Shown here piece after piece: positions 38,501-50,739 of a stretch of 64,000 nt of DNA. The DNA lies in assembly GCA_012026655.1 (NCBI GenBank), contig JAAILG010001579.1, forward strand, positions 1 through 64,000. Direction: 5' to 3'. Positions within the stretch are counted from its first letter, which is position 1. Every line of letters begins with the position of its first letter. A program made the position numbers and the translations under genes. The notes beneath the pieces were generated by a model. That model was not told the DNA's origin and made no database searches. It saw nothing but the letters and a program-made list of their open reading frames with translations. The DNA comes from Hydrolagus affinis (Eukaryota).

Positions 38501-40961
38501 ATAATAATACATTTTCTTTTTGTTTAATTTAAAAAAACAATGAATGGCTGCAAAGGTAGCGCTTTGTAATGTCACAGTTCAAACTGCTGAACCCCTTTTT
38601 ATTAATTTCATTCCAATAACTTGAGGGAAATGGATCCCCCCACCACACACACATACACACACATACACACAACTACTGAAGGATCTCATACACTTGTTCC
38701 CATACATATTGGGACATTTCTGTATCTTAGCTATCAGATGTTTTATATTAATATAACATACTGCATTCCTCTGCGAGTTCGTATCTAAGAAAATAAGTCG
38801 ATGGAACCCCAAACTGAGAGCTACCAACGGTGGGATTTGGACTAGCCTGGTTTCACTCTTTTCCAGTAGTTCGCCCACAAATACACAGTCAATTCACTAG
38901 ACATAGTACATTATCTGACGCGCTTTGAGGCGGCTAGAAGGCGTGAAAAGCGCTATACCAAATGCAAGGGTTATTAATATGATCAGTGTGGTATGTACCT
39001 GTATCTCTTGGAATCCACTGGGACAATGTCCATGGCGATATAATACTGCTTCGTGAGTTCCAGCCCCTTAATTTTCACACGCACTGCAGGAAACATACGC
39101 CTGGTACAGAGATGAAGCATCCAGTTAATTTGCTTCTTGTCCATCAATCGCCAGCCATACTAACACATGTGTATTGACGGCGAAATGTTTTCAGATCTCA
39201 TGCACTTTTATTATAAAATGCAATTCCTAGCATCTAAACTGCTTGGCTATAGTCAAAACGGGTCGTCCGCCTAATCCATTTCTGCCTTTTCTTAAACGGA
39301 GAAACATTTTTAATGGTATCTAACTTTAATGGTATACACTGTACGGTATTTAAATACGCGTTGATATGGGGTAGTTAATATTCCTACGATCACGGTATTT
39401 AAACATATAGCAAACCACAGATTAAATTGACCGACAAGACATTGATGGCAATTTATCAAATATAAACGATGAATTAAACTGTGGAATATTTATTATTATT
39501 ATTATATTTATATTGGGAAGGAGAGACGAGTCCCAGACAATGTAGTAGCCAGCAATGGAGGGCTGACATGGAAATAGTTAACAAGTACAAGCTATTACAT
39601 CAGTCAGGTTTGTAGAACAAGGAAACCAATCAATGTCCTTGTCTGGTGCAAACAAATTGCCCTGAATTGCTTTTATTATTATTACCGTCACCACCATCAT
39701 CCCAATGAGGTTTCTAAACCCGTACCGAAGTATCCAGGTCGGTCAATAATAAATCGAAACCCTTGTCAAAGCCATCAGTGGAAGGCACTGATTTAACGTT
39801 GATTGAATGCAGCACAAGCCTTTGCACGGGTTAACTGGAGAGTTGTTTTCAGGCGGGTTGATACATACAGGCTGACAGAATGCGTTGCTCACCTGCCAGC
39901 TTTGGTAATGATCATTTCAGTTCCAATCTCGTGGAATCGTTTCCAAAGCTCTGCTCCTTGTAGTTCCACCTGAACCGCCAGTGAAGCTGAGCCGATCCCA
40001 GGGCAGGGGGGTGGCGATGGGCAGCTCAGGGCTTTGGCTCTCTGGCCTCTCGCTTCCCCTGGATACATACAAAATAGGGAAGTATTTATTTCCACAAACA
40101 AACAAATAAAAATCCCCCAAAAATCCACGTATCGTCTACTTTTTTATTATTATTATTCTTCTTATATAAATGTGCAAAAAAAGAATTGTGGCGTTTGTTT
40201 CTCACACAGCCAGTTCCCTCAGCCCATCCTCTGCTGTTTATTTTGGCCACTTGTTCCTTCAATAGCAAATATTGGACAGAACATTAAAAACTAAGGACTC
40301 AGTAAAGCACACACATACACTCTCCCCCTCTCTCCCTCTCTCTCACACATACACACATCGCTGGTTTCTGACAACAGCCATTCATTGTGGCACAGACTTT
40401 TTTCTCGAGGAAATGGATCAGCCAGCTTGGCTGAAAGAGCGAAGTAACTCTATTTGGTCTTGAATATACAATAGAGCATAGACTTCCTGATGAGGCCACG
40501 TACATTTCATTTACTCTGCTTTGCCTTTGCTGTTTGCTGTCTGAATTAATCACCATTTCGATGCCAAATTTAAACGGGACAAAGATTGAATTGAATGCAC
40601 TTTTTTTTTAAAAATCTTCATGTGGTTTTTCACCTGAATTATATCAGTTTGATTTTAAACAGGCCAAATCTGATTGACCTCATCGCTGAAATGCACATCA
40701 AGCAAACAGCAACTCGGCTCTAACTCTCTCTCTCTCTCTCTCTCACTCCCGGCCAATGCTGTGAGTTACCGACATCAGGAAATGTAGTAACTAACCAGAT
40801 GCCTCCCCCCCTCCCGTGTCCTGGGCAGGATCAGGGGGTGTAAGGCTTCCCATCGGATGATCCCTCGAAGTTTCATTTTCGTTGTCTTCAAACTTCCTCT
40901 TGAGGGATTTCCCGACCAGAGATTCCACTGAGAAAGCGTGAGCTCGAGAACTCAAAGCCAT
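34909..40961 (-). CDS. TBX22: T-box transcription factor TBX22, complete spliced CDS, 1560 nt / 519 aa. Exons 40961-40796, 40058-39893, 39100-38999, 38225-38051, 37346-37182, 36698-36634, 36293-36205, 35540-34909
   Basis: N-terminus [17 protein letters not shown] (eh1-type motif, TBX22-like). T-box [30 protein letters not shown]...[13 protein letters not shown]...[17 protein letters not shown]...[32 protein letters not shown]. Post-T-box YPWR and SPSCSPP. All GT-AG and in phase. Adjacent to CHMP1B, as at the known TBX22 locus. Confidence 0.95.
35630..35848. mobile_element. Fold-back Penelope-like repeat in the last TBX22 intron
   Basis: Arms cgctggggaaactcagcgggtcaggcagcatccatggagag / tctccatggatgctgcctgacccgctgagtgtccccagcg; same family as 3346-3558. 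Confidence 0.85.
35939..36117 (-). mobile_element. L2 LINE 3' end
   Basis: (ACA)n tail, tatagcgccattcacgtcgggagggcgtcccaaggcgct, then an ORF2-end-like stretch (ccttcaagtctcccctcaaaactc on the - strand). Confidence 0.8.
36205..36293 (-). CDS. TBX22: TBX22 coding exon 7
   Basis: acacag|G GTG AGT...AGA G|gtacgt; [29 protein letters not shown]; phases 2/1 fit both neighbouring exons. Confidence 0.88.
36634..36698 (-). CDS. TBX22: TBX22 coding exon 6 (T-box end)
   Basis: tcgtag|ATT ACG AGG...AAC AG|gtact; [22 protein letters not shown]. Confidence 0.96.
37182..37346 (-). CDS. TBX22: TBX22 coding exon 5
   Basis: ctccag|ATT ATT CTG...CAA CAG|gtacc; [15 protein letters not shown]...[16 protein letters not shown]. 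Confidence 0.96.
37402..37439. repeat. (TG)/(TA)/(CA) compound microsatellite
   Basis: tgtgtgtatatatatatattatatatatacacacacac. Confidence 0.85.
37937..37958. repeat. (AATC)n microsatellite
   Basis: aatcaatcaatcaatcaatcaa. Confidence 0.85.
38051..38225 (-). CDS. TBX22: TBX22 coding exon 4
   Basis: tggcag|G TAC GTG...GGA CAT|gtagg; [58 protein letters not shown]. Confidence 0.96.
38870..38980 (+). mobile_element. 3' part of the CORE/Deu SINE in TBX22 intron 3
   Basis: ttcgcccacaaatacacagtcaattcact...gcgctttgaggcggctagaaggcgtgaaaagcgctataccaaatgcaagg. Confidence 0.8.
38999..39100 (-). CDS. TBX22: TBX22 coding exon 3
   Basis: taccag|G CGT ATG TTT...TAC AG|gtacat; [34 protein letters not shown]. 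Confidence 0.95.
39893..40058 (-). CDS. TBX22: TBX22 coding exon 2 (T-box start)
   Basis: atccag|GG GAA...GCT GGC AG|gtgag; ...[28 protein letters not shown]. Confidence 0.93.
40796..40961 (-). CDS. TBX22: TBX22 coding exon 1
   Basis: acgATGG strong Kozak context; [26 protein letters not shown]...GEAS G|gttag. Confidence 0.93.
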
Positions 40962-41189
40962 CGTTACGTGAACATGAAACCTTGGCAAAGTGAGACCAGG
41001 TTAAAGCAAAATACAACAGGACAGCGGACCGCACGACAAGCTACCGTGTGCGGGACAGGGCTGGTGTCTGGTTCCGTGTTCTGCCGCCAGTCCCATTCCA
41101 GTCACCAGCAAAACTGCTCTAGAATTGGCTCCTGGGTCGGCGTGTCTGTAAATACAATCCAGTCAAAGCCAGGTCTCATTTTCCTAATG

Positions 41190-41375
41190 TTTCTTCTTCT
41201 TCTTCTTTTTCTTCTGCTGTGTCCAAGCGTTGGGTGAGTGAGTGAGTGAGTGGAGACGCAGGGCTGTTTTTGGTAAGTTAAACCACCGGTCAGTCAGTCA
41301 GTCAATAAACCAGCGAAGGAAACTGCGAATGAAGGAGATGTGGACACCAATGGTTAGTTAGTTAGTTAGTTAGTT
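41190..41375. repeat. Cluster of short tandem repeats upstream of the TBX22 ATG: (TTC)n, (TGAG)n, (CAGT)n, (TTAG)n
   Basis: ttcttcttcttctt; gtgagtgagtgagtgagtg; gtcagtcagtcagtca; gttagttagttagttagttagtt. Confidence 0.8.
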
Positions 41376-44300
41376 GTCCCGGGGACGGTTTTCTCCGCTG
41401 TGGTCAAAAGTGAAGGTACAGCTTCGCTGTGGATGTTTGTATCTGGGTTTTGTGTGAAAACCCACGTATCCGAATGACAGAGCGAGGCAGAGACCAGATA
41501 CAGATACGCCCACGTCTTGTTAACGTGACAAGGTTAGTCGCTCAAACTTTGGCAAAGAAACGATCTTAAAGGGGAAATGATCTAATCGGGGACGAAAATT
41601 GCATTAACATGGTCCGTAAAGGGTATCGACACTTTTATTTTCAACTCAATCTAAAACATTGCAATTGACGTAAAAAAAAATCCAAGAACAAGCCGCCCCC
41701 TGTAGGCAACATTTTTGTGCAAGCGACGCATTTGCCTGGCGTGTGTGTGTGTGTACTCTCACATCTATACACGGCATACATCATGTACAGGATTTATAGC
41801 TTTGAAATTTATTCCTTTTTTAAAATCAAACAAGAACTCAAGGAAGCCTAGCTCACTCTGGCGGATGATTTCCTACAATACATATACAGTGTGTGTATAT
41901 ATATACATATATATATATGTTAGCCTCGATGGGTCTTCTGTCCTTGGTCGGGAATGTAAATAGAATATTTTACAATAGTTTTGCTGGTCTTGAAAGTTAT
42001 GCGTTTGTCTTGAAATTGTCACCTGTGGATCTAATCAGCTCCCAACTCCATCCCCCCCACCCACACACCATCCCTTTGCACACAATCTGCCGTTTGTTTG
42101 TGTGTGTTTTTTGGGGGGGGGTGGAGGGCAAATGGTGGTGCAGCCGACCCTGGGAGGTGGGGGTTGAAGCTGTGGCTGTAAGAGTTAGTTCAGTGCTGAC
42201 AGCAGCACACGGTCAGGTCAGAGGGTTAGACCACAAGGCAGGACTCACAGCTCTCAGAGAGTAAGGTTCCCCTCCACCGCGTCTCGCCGTCCAATGGAAA
42301 TGTTGATGTATTGGAGGTGGTCCAAACGTTGGACTCCTTTTGAGTTAGTCCAGGAACATTTACCTGGCTTTAAACTTAGGCAGGTGTGGCTCTTGCTGTG
42401 TTTTGTCACCCCCCCCACCCCCCACCTGCTTAGATTGTTGTCCATTCACTGTATATCAAGGATATTTTCACAAACTTTGTCAAACAGAAAACTATCCCAG
42501 GATATGATTTGTCTCTCCATGTAACCCCGAGGGAAGCTTTAATTCTGATGTAGTTGTCAGAGGTTCTTAAACATTCCTACTTCACGCCGTCAGTTCCCCC
42601 CAGGGTCCGCAAACCTAAACTACTTTTTTTTTTCGGTCCAATTTCCCCCACAAAGATTTTATTGGGACTCGACTCTGGTAGTAATTTGTATGTGATATCA
42701 GTTGTTGGAAATGAATCTAAAACACGACCCGATCAAACTGTTAAACCCCATTTCACAGAAGCTCGGATAACTGATAGTGACACCGGGAATAAATTATTTT
42801 ATTCGCCTTGTGTATTCATGAACTTGCAACTCCTGTTCGGGGTTTCGATTTCCCGTCCTCTGCCAGTGGAAAGAAAATTTCAACTCAAATTATAATCACT
42901 CTCCGTTCGCAATGGACTCGTCGCTTTGCACATAGCTCCACACCCACGTACACGTTTATACAATTAAAACGCGAATTGGAAAAGGAAGCAAGCATTCTTT
43001 GCAGAGATTGAAGAAAAACAAATGCGCACCGCGCGCTGCTTTGGTTTGTAAAATGATGAGCACCGAATTGAGTATGGTCCCCGTTCACGTCGGGTAGGCG
43101 TCTTAAAGCGCTTCACAGGATTCTCTGTAAAATGTGGGAGTTGGTCAGTGAATGTGGCAGCCAGTTTCCACCCAACCAGTGAACCAACATTGCACGGTAT
43201 TTCACAGCTCGAACAAGGCATTTCGATGTTTTGGGAGGGGGGGGGGGTGGGGGGTTAGTGAGTTTAGTTACAAAAATAGTACTTTGAATAATTCGAATGA
43301 CTTCCCTGTTAAATATATTCCTGGACATTTCTGTAGAAGTTATTGCCAGCCCCGTCTGCTCTTGTACATGATTTGTTGCATGCTGAATATTTACAAAACA
43401 TGGTATGGAATTTATTGTAGGACTTTTAGACCTGATATTCCTTGTTACCACTAATACTATTAAATCGAATAATAAGATGTAACGTTAGGTCGCACGGTAC
43501 AGTTATATTAAATTGCCAATTACGTTTTGCAGTTGAAGATATACCTGACCAGGGTTAGCAGAGGCAGTGCAAAATATACTCGTTCATTATTCAGCCGAGG
43601 AGACAACTCGAACCACAATAATTGGTCCTGGGTTCGTACAATTTTCCAAACATTTAGCTTGTTTGTTTTTAATGTTAAATTTGAATTTCGTGTCCAGAAG
43701 GGGCAAACGGAAAGTAAAGGTAGAAATAACACAAGGTTTGGACGGAATAGAAACACCAGCTGACTGAGGCATAATTGGTTCCATATGTACAAATATTTTC
43801 TTTCATGGAAGCTGAATCCATGCGTACAAGCAGCCGCTTCTCAGAGGGTTGTATGTCTTAGAAAGAACTTTGCGATGCATTTCCTTAGCGGATTTCGATT
43901 GGGCCATTTTAACAACTGTTTATGGGTTTTTTTTGCTTTATTGAAATTAATCTAATATTTCCAGTAATTTAATACTTGTGACTGACAAAAAAAAAGCCCC
44001 GAAAAGGCTCTACAGCTTTATCTGATGTCGACTATATTTCTGATAGTCTTAACTATAAGCATTTTAATGGTAAATGAAACCAATAGATAACGCTTTGGTG
44101 GGAATATTTCTGAATATGTTAAGGTTGTTCGGTCTCCCGACTGCAATGCGATGTATGAAAGCCCCGGGGGTAATTCTATAAATTACAATACTGATTATTA
44201 TTGCCATTTGCAAATTATAATTGTACTTTATATTCATAGAACTCTAGCTTCGGTTTGGCAGTCCTGCAAAACGAAGTCAGTACAAAAATACGACATACCG

Positions 44301-46721
44301 TAAATAATTGAATAGTTCAATAATCCACCAAAGAAATGAAACTAAACGTTAAAAACAGATCAGGGTAAGGCAGCCGAATTTCGAAAATATTCGAACAAAT
44401 CAATTTTTTTTAAAAAAAAGTGCATAGATAAAAAGCCTGAGTTTAGAATAAAGTTGACAACGAAATCATTCTTTTCATCTGAAAATATATCTCAGATACA
44501 GGAGTTCCATCAATTACCCATGTCCCGGCTCTGACCAGTAAGTAGCTTTCTTGATAACTCTCTTGTAATGTGATTAATTTAAAATTACGAAGATCATATT
44601 TCAAACAGATATTCAGCAGAAAATACCGTGCCACGGATTTTGTGGAATAAGCTTTCTCTCTTTTTTTTGGCCTGACGCTTTATTTTACCTTATACAGCAA
44701 CCTATTGTTCAGCGTTTCTTTTTTTTGGTCGATTTAAATGCTACTTTTTGGTAATCATTAAAAGAAATTACCCTTAAGAGCGGTAATTACCGAAAAAAAG
44801 TAATAGTTTCCAAAATAATATTATAAAACCCTATTCGGCCAGTTCCGTTCATTTGACCGTGTCGCTTGATACAGATTGAAGGATGGCGGAGGGAATCTAA
44901 AGCAAAATCTCTCAATCAAACTTTACTCTCAGCAGACCCCCCCGCCCCCCCTCACCCCTCCTCACACACACACACTTTTTAATGCATTTAAATGCAATCT
45001 CCGTCAGGAATGTACGAACATACCAGCGATCTGTCCTCAATTAAGAACGAGAAGCGAAGTATATTTTAAATAACATTCCCTTTCTGTTTTGAAACCATTA
45101 ATATGAGCGTGCACTCTGTCGAAGGAAAACAAGTCCTAATGGGGACAATGTCAGAGATAATTTCGGGTTGTAACATATCCTGCCTTTCACATACTGAGTC
45201 TCCCGAAGCTGGTGATTTGAGGAAAGTTCATTCATTAAAATGCTTTCAAAAGCAAATTCTGATCCAGTATTTATGGCGTCACCTAGACGATAGTCAAACT
45301 AGGTTATTAGCTTTCTTACTGATATTTATAGGTGGAACTTGTTTCCAATGCACGAAGACAGAGCCATCAAAGTGATAATAAAGAAGAGGGGGAAATGCAT
45401 GATCCTTTAATTAGCAAAAATCTGATCTATTGACCTGAAAAATGATATATAACATGTGTATGCTCTGCGTTTGTACAAAATAACATGGCATAACACAATT
45501 TTGTTTGAATGCTTTCAAGAGATTTGGGTCCATTGAATGAGTTATATTTATAAATATTTAAAAAATATTATATACCTGGAGGATTCCTCCCCCCCAACCC
45601 CCCTAAAATTGTTGCCTTGCAATTATTGCCAGCATCTGTTTATTCCCAAGTCGAGGGTCTGGTTTTAATATGATGGTATTCTTGATTTAGGAATAAAAAT
45701 TAATGTCCTGTGTGCTGTTGTCGTTTGTTTAACAAAAACATTTATGTTTTCCCAGAGGTGGGGAGGGGGGAGTGGGTTGATAAAGCTTCGATTGAATTGT
45801 TCGAATAACATTGTCTCTGTTTTAAATGCTAATAGTTAATTTACCCTTTTTTTAAAAGAAAGTTTTTTTTGAAAAAAGGAGTATTTGCATTTTATTGCTG
45901 TACATTTAATGATCACCTTGTTCAGAATTTATCTGTACAGGCAGAGGTCACTGTTTGGTTAATGCTGAATTTATGTAACTGACCTGAAATGACAAGCAGA
46001 ATAGATCATGGGGAAAGGGATATCTGTAACCAGGAAAAACACTAGGTCTTTGATTGTGGATATCGGGGCACCAACATTGCAGGAATACTTTGAGAGGATT
46101 ATGCTATAATGTTACATCTTAACGGACCATTTTACCCCCTATGCTTCCTTTAAACAGTTCCACAAGAGAGAAAAAAAAAGTGCTGAAAGAGAGTGTATCT
46201 TTTGGGGAATGAAAAGGGGGAAAAAATCTCTTGTTCGGTAAAATGCAAGCTTGATATGTATTTTTTTTACAGTCGCATTATTGTAACTTTTTCGATTTTG
46301 TTGCGCTTGTGTTTCAGGCCTTTCTTTGACTGATTTCATTAGCAAATCTCACGCAAAGCAGGTTAAACCCCAATGGAGCCAGAGGGGGAGAGAGAGAGAG
46401 CGAAAAAAAAGCCGTTGCGTTTTATTTTGCAGGAGGGTGAGTTTGGCAAGGAATAAAATAATACCTGCACTTCCTCACCGTCTGGTACTTTGTTTCCCCC
46501 CTTAAGGCTTCAGCAGAGAAAAAATTTCCTCTGTGAGCAAAGTAATTTCTGTTACTATGTTCGACCCATTTGATGTTAAGAAAGTTTCACCTGATCTTTT
46601 ACAGTTATATGTTATCAGCAATTGTATTCTATTTGGTGAGCTGTAGGGTCGCCTTAACTCTCCAAAACCGCCCATTGATTTTCCGCAAATAGAAATGTAC
46701 AGTATTCGATTTAATGCGATT

Positions 46722-46908
46722 AAAATTGGTCATTTTTAATCCCACGACTGTTTGTGGGACACTGCTGTGCGCAGTTGGCTGCCGCATTTCGCCCACAAAC
46801 ATGAAGTCAGTTCACTTTACAGTATACTCTGTGAAGCGCTTTGAGGCGTCCAGAAGATGTGAAAAGCGCTATATTAAGTACAAGGATTATTATTATTATT
46901 ATTATTAT
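46722..46908 (+). mobile_element. CORE/Deu SINE 3' half with long (ATT)n tail
   Basis: tgtttgtgggacactgctgtgcgcagttggctgccgcatttcgccc...aaggattattattattattattattat. Confidence 0.88.
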
Positions 46909-47034
46909 CGCTTAACATCAAATTGTAGTGGAGTTCCAGTTACTGTAGTAAAGCCTATACAAGCCTATACAGGTAACATTATAAAACTAACCCAAGTGAT
47001 AGCTGATAGCAGAGAAGAATTTGTTATATTCTAT

Positions 47035-47168
47035 GAAGGATATAGAGGAGTAAGGATGAGGTGATTAGGAGGGATGAGTAATGTAATGTATTGAACGAAT
47101 AACAGCACAGACTAGTTGGACCCAATGGCCTGTTTCTGTGCTACAATGTTCTCTATGTAATTCCATGA
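47035..47168 (+). mobile_element. CR1 LINE 3' end
   Basis: cagcacagactagttggacccaatggcctgtttctgtgctacaatgttctctatg, a typical CR1 3' terminus. Confidence 0.7.
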
Positions 47169-50100
47169 ATTTATTGAACCCGAATTCGTTGACACATATG
47201 AGTGAGTGGATAATACAGATTTAATGTTAATCTAAAATAACATATTATCCGTTTTTTTATATACCTATGGGACACGAATGCAATATTTCATAACATTAGA
47301 TTGTTTCGAATTGCACATTTGCAGTATTTATTGCCATGTTTATCTGTCACGTATCCAGTTAAAGTAGGAATATATCGGAATTGAAGCCACAGAACAGGCG
47401 CAATTTATTTACTGCTCAGCTTTGCCAATGACCATCACTTTATTGTACACTTATTTCGCAACTCCTTGGTTTTATATTCGAGGTAACTGGCATCCCAAGC
47501 AAATTGTTCACCTCTGACAATTTTATGGGAGGTTGAAGTGGAACAAACGCCATTTCAGTGCATTTTCGTGACGCCTTATTAATTTGATTCATAATTATTT
47601 GTTTGGATCTAGTTTCTCTTCGACTGCAATGCATCTCCCCCACTCTCAGTTTCCTACAGTCCTCTGGTTCTTCATGTCTTTGTCCTCTGCCCTTCAATGA
47701 GATTGGTATAGTGAACCACTGCGCCTATCTGAGACAACTTTCCAATGCCAACGTCACAGGTCAGCTAATTCCGGTTGCTTTGAGGTGGAATAAGAACAGG
47801 CAATATGTGTCAGGTTTATTGTGTGGATATCAGTCCTCGTTTCATACACCAGCGTGTTGTTGCATTCGTGTGAAAGCAGCGTGCAATAATTAACGTGGGC
47901 GGATTCCTTTCCATTCACAGAACCAAATCAAACGCAATTCAGAAACCGACATCAGATGGGGGTGGGGGTGGGGGGGGAGGGGTATTTTATATTGACACAG
48001 AGATCAAGAGAAAACACCGGTAAATAGCACCAGTTGTGCTTCCGAATTATAGGTGAAATTGCAAAGTGCGAGCAAAAGTGACTCCTTGTTCAATTATCCC
48101 AAATGAACCAACACATTGAAACATGATTCCTGACATAGCTTCAATCTCCCCAACAGCGAATTCAGGAACCTTATCTCTCTTGTGGTGAATGGCTTTATTT
48201 TATGGGGAGCCCTGAATCTCATATCTACATCCACTGTAAAGTGAGTGTCAAAACCTCTCTCTAGTCTGCTCTGCGGCACCGAAGATGTAACTCTCGAGAT
48301 CTGTCAACGTTAGAATATTTTTACGCTGAACTTGTTACACATACATGACAAAGTCACAGATGTGTGTGTGTGTGTGTGGGGGGGGGGAGAGATATACCAA
48401 TACCTTAACTCTATAAATAACAGCGAGTTTGGGGATTAGAGGGGTTTGGGGTGATCAATACCTGGTCCAATCGTCCACTAGAGCCAGGTAACCTCTTAAA
48501 GAGACCAGTTCTTAAATAGTAAATTGAATGAATATAAATCTTTAGTGGGAACATCAACGCCGTCAACTGGAATATAAAACCAAGGAGTTACCAAACGAGT
48601 GCAAGTAAAACAGGGCACATGATCTGAGATGGTGGGAGAAAGGCGAATATAAGCAGTGAGTTCAGCAGTGAGATATAAGGGACGTGATGAATAAGATAGA
48701 TATTCTTATTAATATACAGTAAGAATAATGCTCTCAGGGCACCAAAGCCAGCTCTAGACCTCTGGTCATGATAAACCACAACATAGTCTGGTATCTTTTA
48801 TTTCAAAGATGTTTGAGAGGCTTTTGCTATCGTACAGATGCTTTTTTTTAAGTTTGTCAATGGCTTTTATTTCAGTTGCTACTTCCTTTCAGAAAAAATC
48901 CACATTTTTAAATAATAGTTTGAATTAATGTTTGTGAGCAGTTCAGTTGTGTCAATGTTTCTCAACCTTTAAAACTGTTCTGCACATTTTTTTTATTACT
49001 GTAGTAGTTTTCTGTTTTTTTCCATCTGCCTTACCTTTAGTTTCTGTGTGTACATTTAGAAGCTCAGTTCAACCTGACTGAGGCACCCATATCTCGGTTA
49101 ATGTCAGCTGTCAAATTAAGAAGGTACTAAACTCGCAGTTTCCCACATAACAAAGTCATCAGCTGACATCAGGCAAAATTTATGTTGGCGCAATTTTCTA
49201 GTTTGCTGACACTTGAATTAATTGTGAGCAATCCTGCCAGTTTATCACACCATCAATAGTACTTTTTTTTTTTGCAAGTTTTTGTGCCACAATACATTTG
49301 GAGGTGACATTTTGATGTCCATTTTACTTCTTTTAAGCTAACATTTTCTTTTCCCAATTCTGGTTGTTCTTCTATCCAGAAGGTGACACAGAATTATTTA
49401 AATGATTGAGCAATAAAGCTTAATGGGCTTTTAATGGTGCAAGTCCCCAATGAGTTCACTTGCTTCACACTTAACTACATTATATCATGCTGTCATCCAT
49501 ACTATTGCCCTTCGGAAAAATTGCGTTGTGAGCTCTGTTCACCGAATGGAATATGGATTTATTTTTATTTGGAGATCCTCCTTACCTTCAATTTGATAAC
49601 TTCTATTTCAAAACCGATTTGACTTATGTTGCTCGGAATGGACTCCCTTTTCACAATCTCTTCCACTTGTTAGTTCGTTTACTTGCAGTTCAGAAGTAAT
49701 GACTTCACTTTGGAGAAGCAAGGACTGTTCCAGTCTATCTCATCAGTGACCACCGGTAGTTATAATCATTCCATAATACATTAGGGAAAAATGGAATTCA
49801 CTTAAGGAAAAAAAGGATGGGAGGATTAAGTGTCCTGAAACGTATCTTAATGCACCCTTATGTATAATAGACAAGTGGATCAACAAGGGAAAAGTAATAC
49901 TTTTCTGCTGAAAGGTTCATCAAAGATATAGATAATTTCATTACTAGTGACTCCACAGTGATTTTAGTTTGATAGTTAGTAACATAGAAGGTTTTGAAAA
50001 CACATTCGAAAACTGATATTCCCCTGTTGAATATATAGTTTTGCTTTTCCACATTTCAACCAGTTATGGTGATGTAATAAGGTGTCTTATCAAAAGTAAT

Positions 50101-50739
50101 AACAAAATATTTCTGTTATCCAGTCAGACAAATTGCTTTCAACCCTAGATTTGGAGATATTTAATTCTCTTTTATTTGAAGTTTTTTTTAATCAAAGCAT
50201 TAGGTACAGGTACATCACCAATGTATATTAACTATTTCAGCCTGATAGCTTGCCAAGTATGGGTCAGAAATCAATAAAAAATCAGGAAAGTAATTTTGAA
50301 AATTTCAGGTAATGATGTTTAAAAGCAATCGTTTTCATGTTAATTTCCTTCACAAGCTTAGTGATGCAGTTTGCTGACTTTCATTATTCTGTGAATTTAA
50401 GTCTTTTAATTTAAAACTCTTCTGTTCCTGGCCTCCATTTAGGGATGTTGAGTCATTGAGCTGTGGGCCCATATGGCAGATGCAGCATATTTTATTTGGC
50501 ACTCAGCTCAGACTATTCTACATCTTCATCCAACTTCTCAAGTAGTTTCAGAGTTTCCACCTTTCTCAAAATACTTGTGACAAAATATTTCCTGTTACCA
50601 CATACCTTAGAGGTTCAACATAATCTGTGTTGCAGGGATGTGTTTTCTAGACGTTTGCATTCTGTACCTGTAGTAATTGATCTTAATTATGATTAACACT
50701 ACAATCTTTTTGCAAAATACAGCTAATTATCTCAATGCC

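Noticed and set aside
34909-40961. Assignment as TBX15, TBX18 or TBX20
   Set aside because: The MALSSRA-x-AFSV start, the [27 protein letters not shown] and GFRDPGRN residues and the CHMP1B adjacency all favour TBX22.
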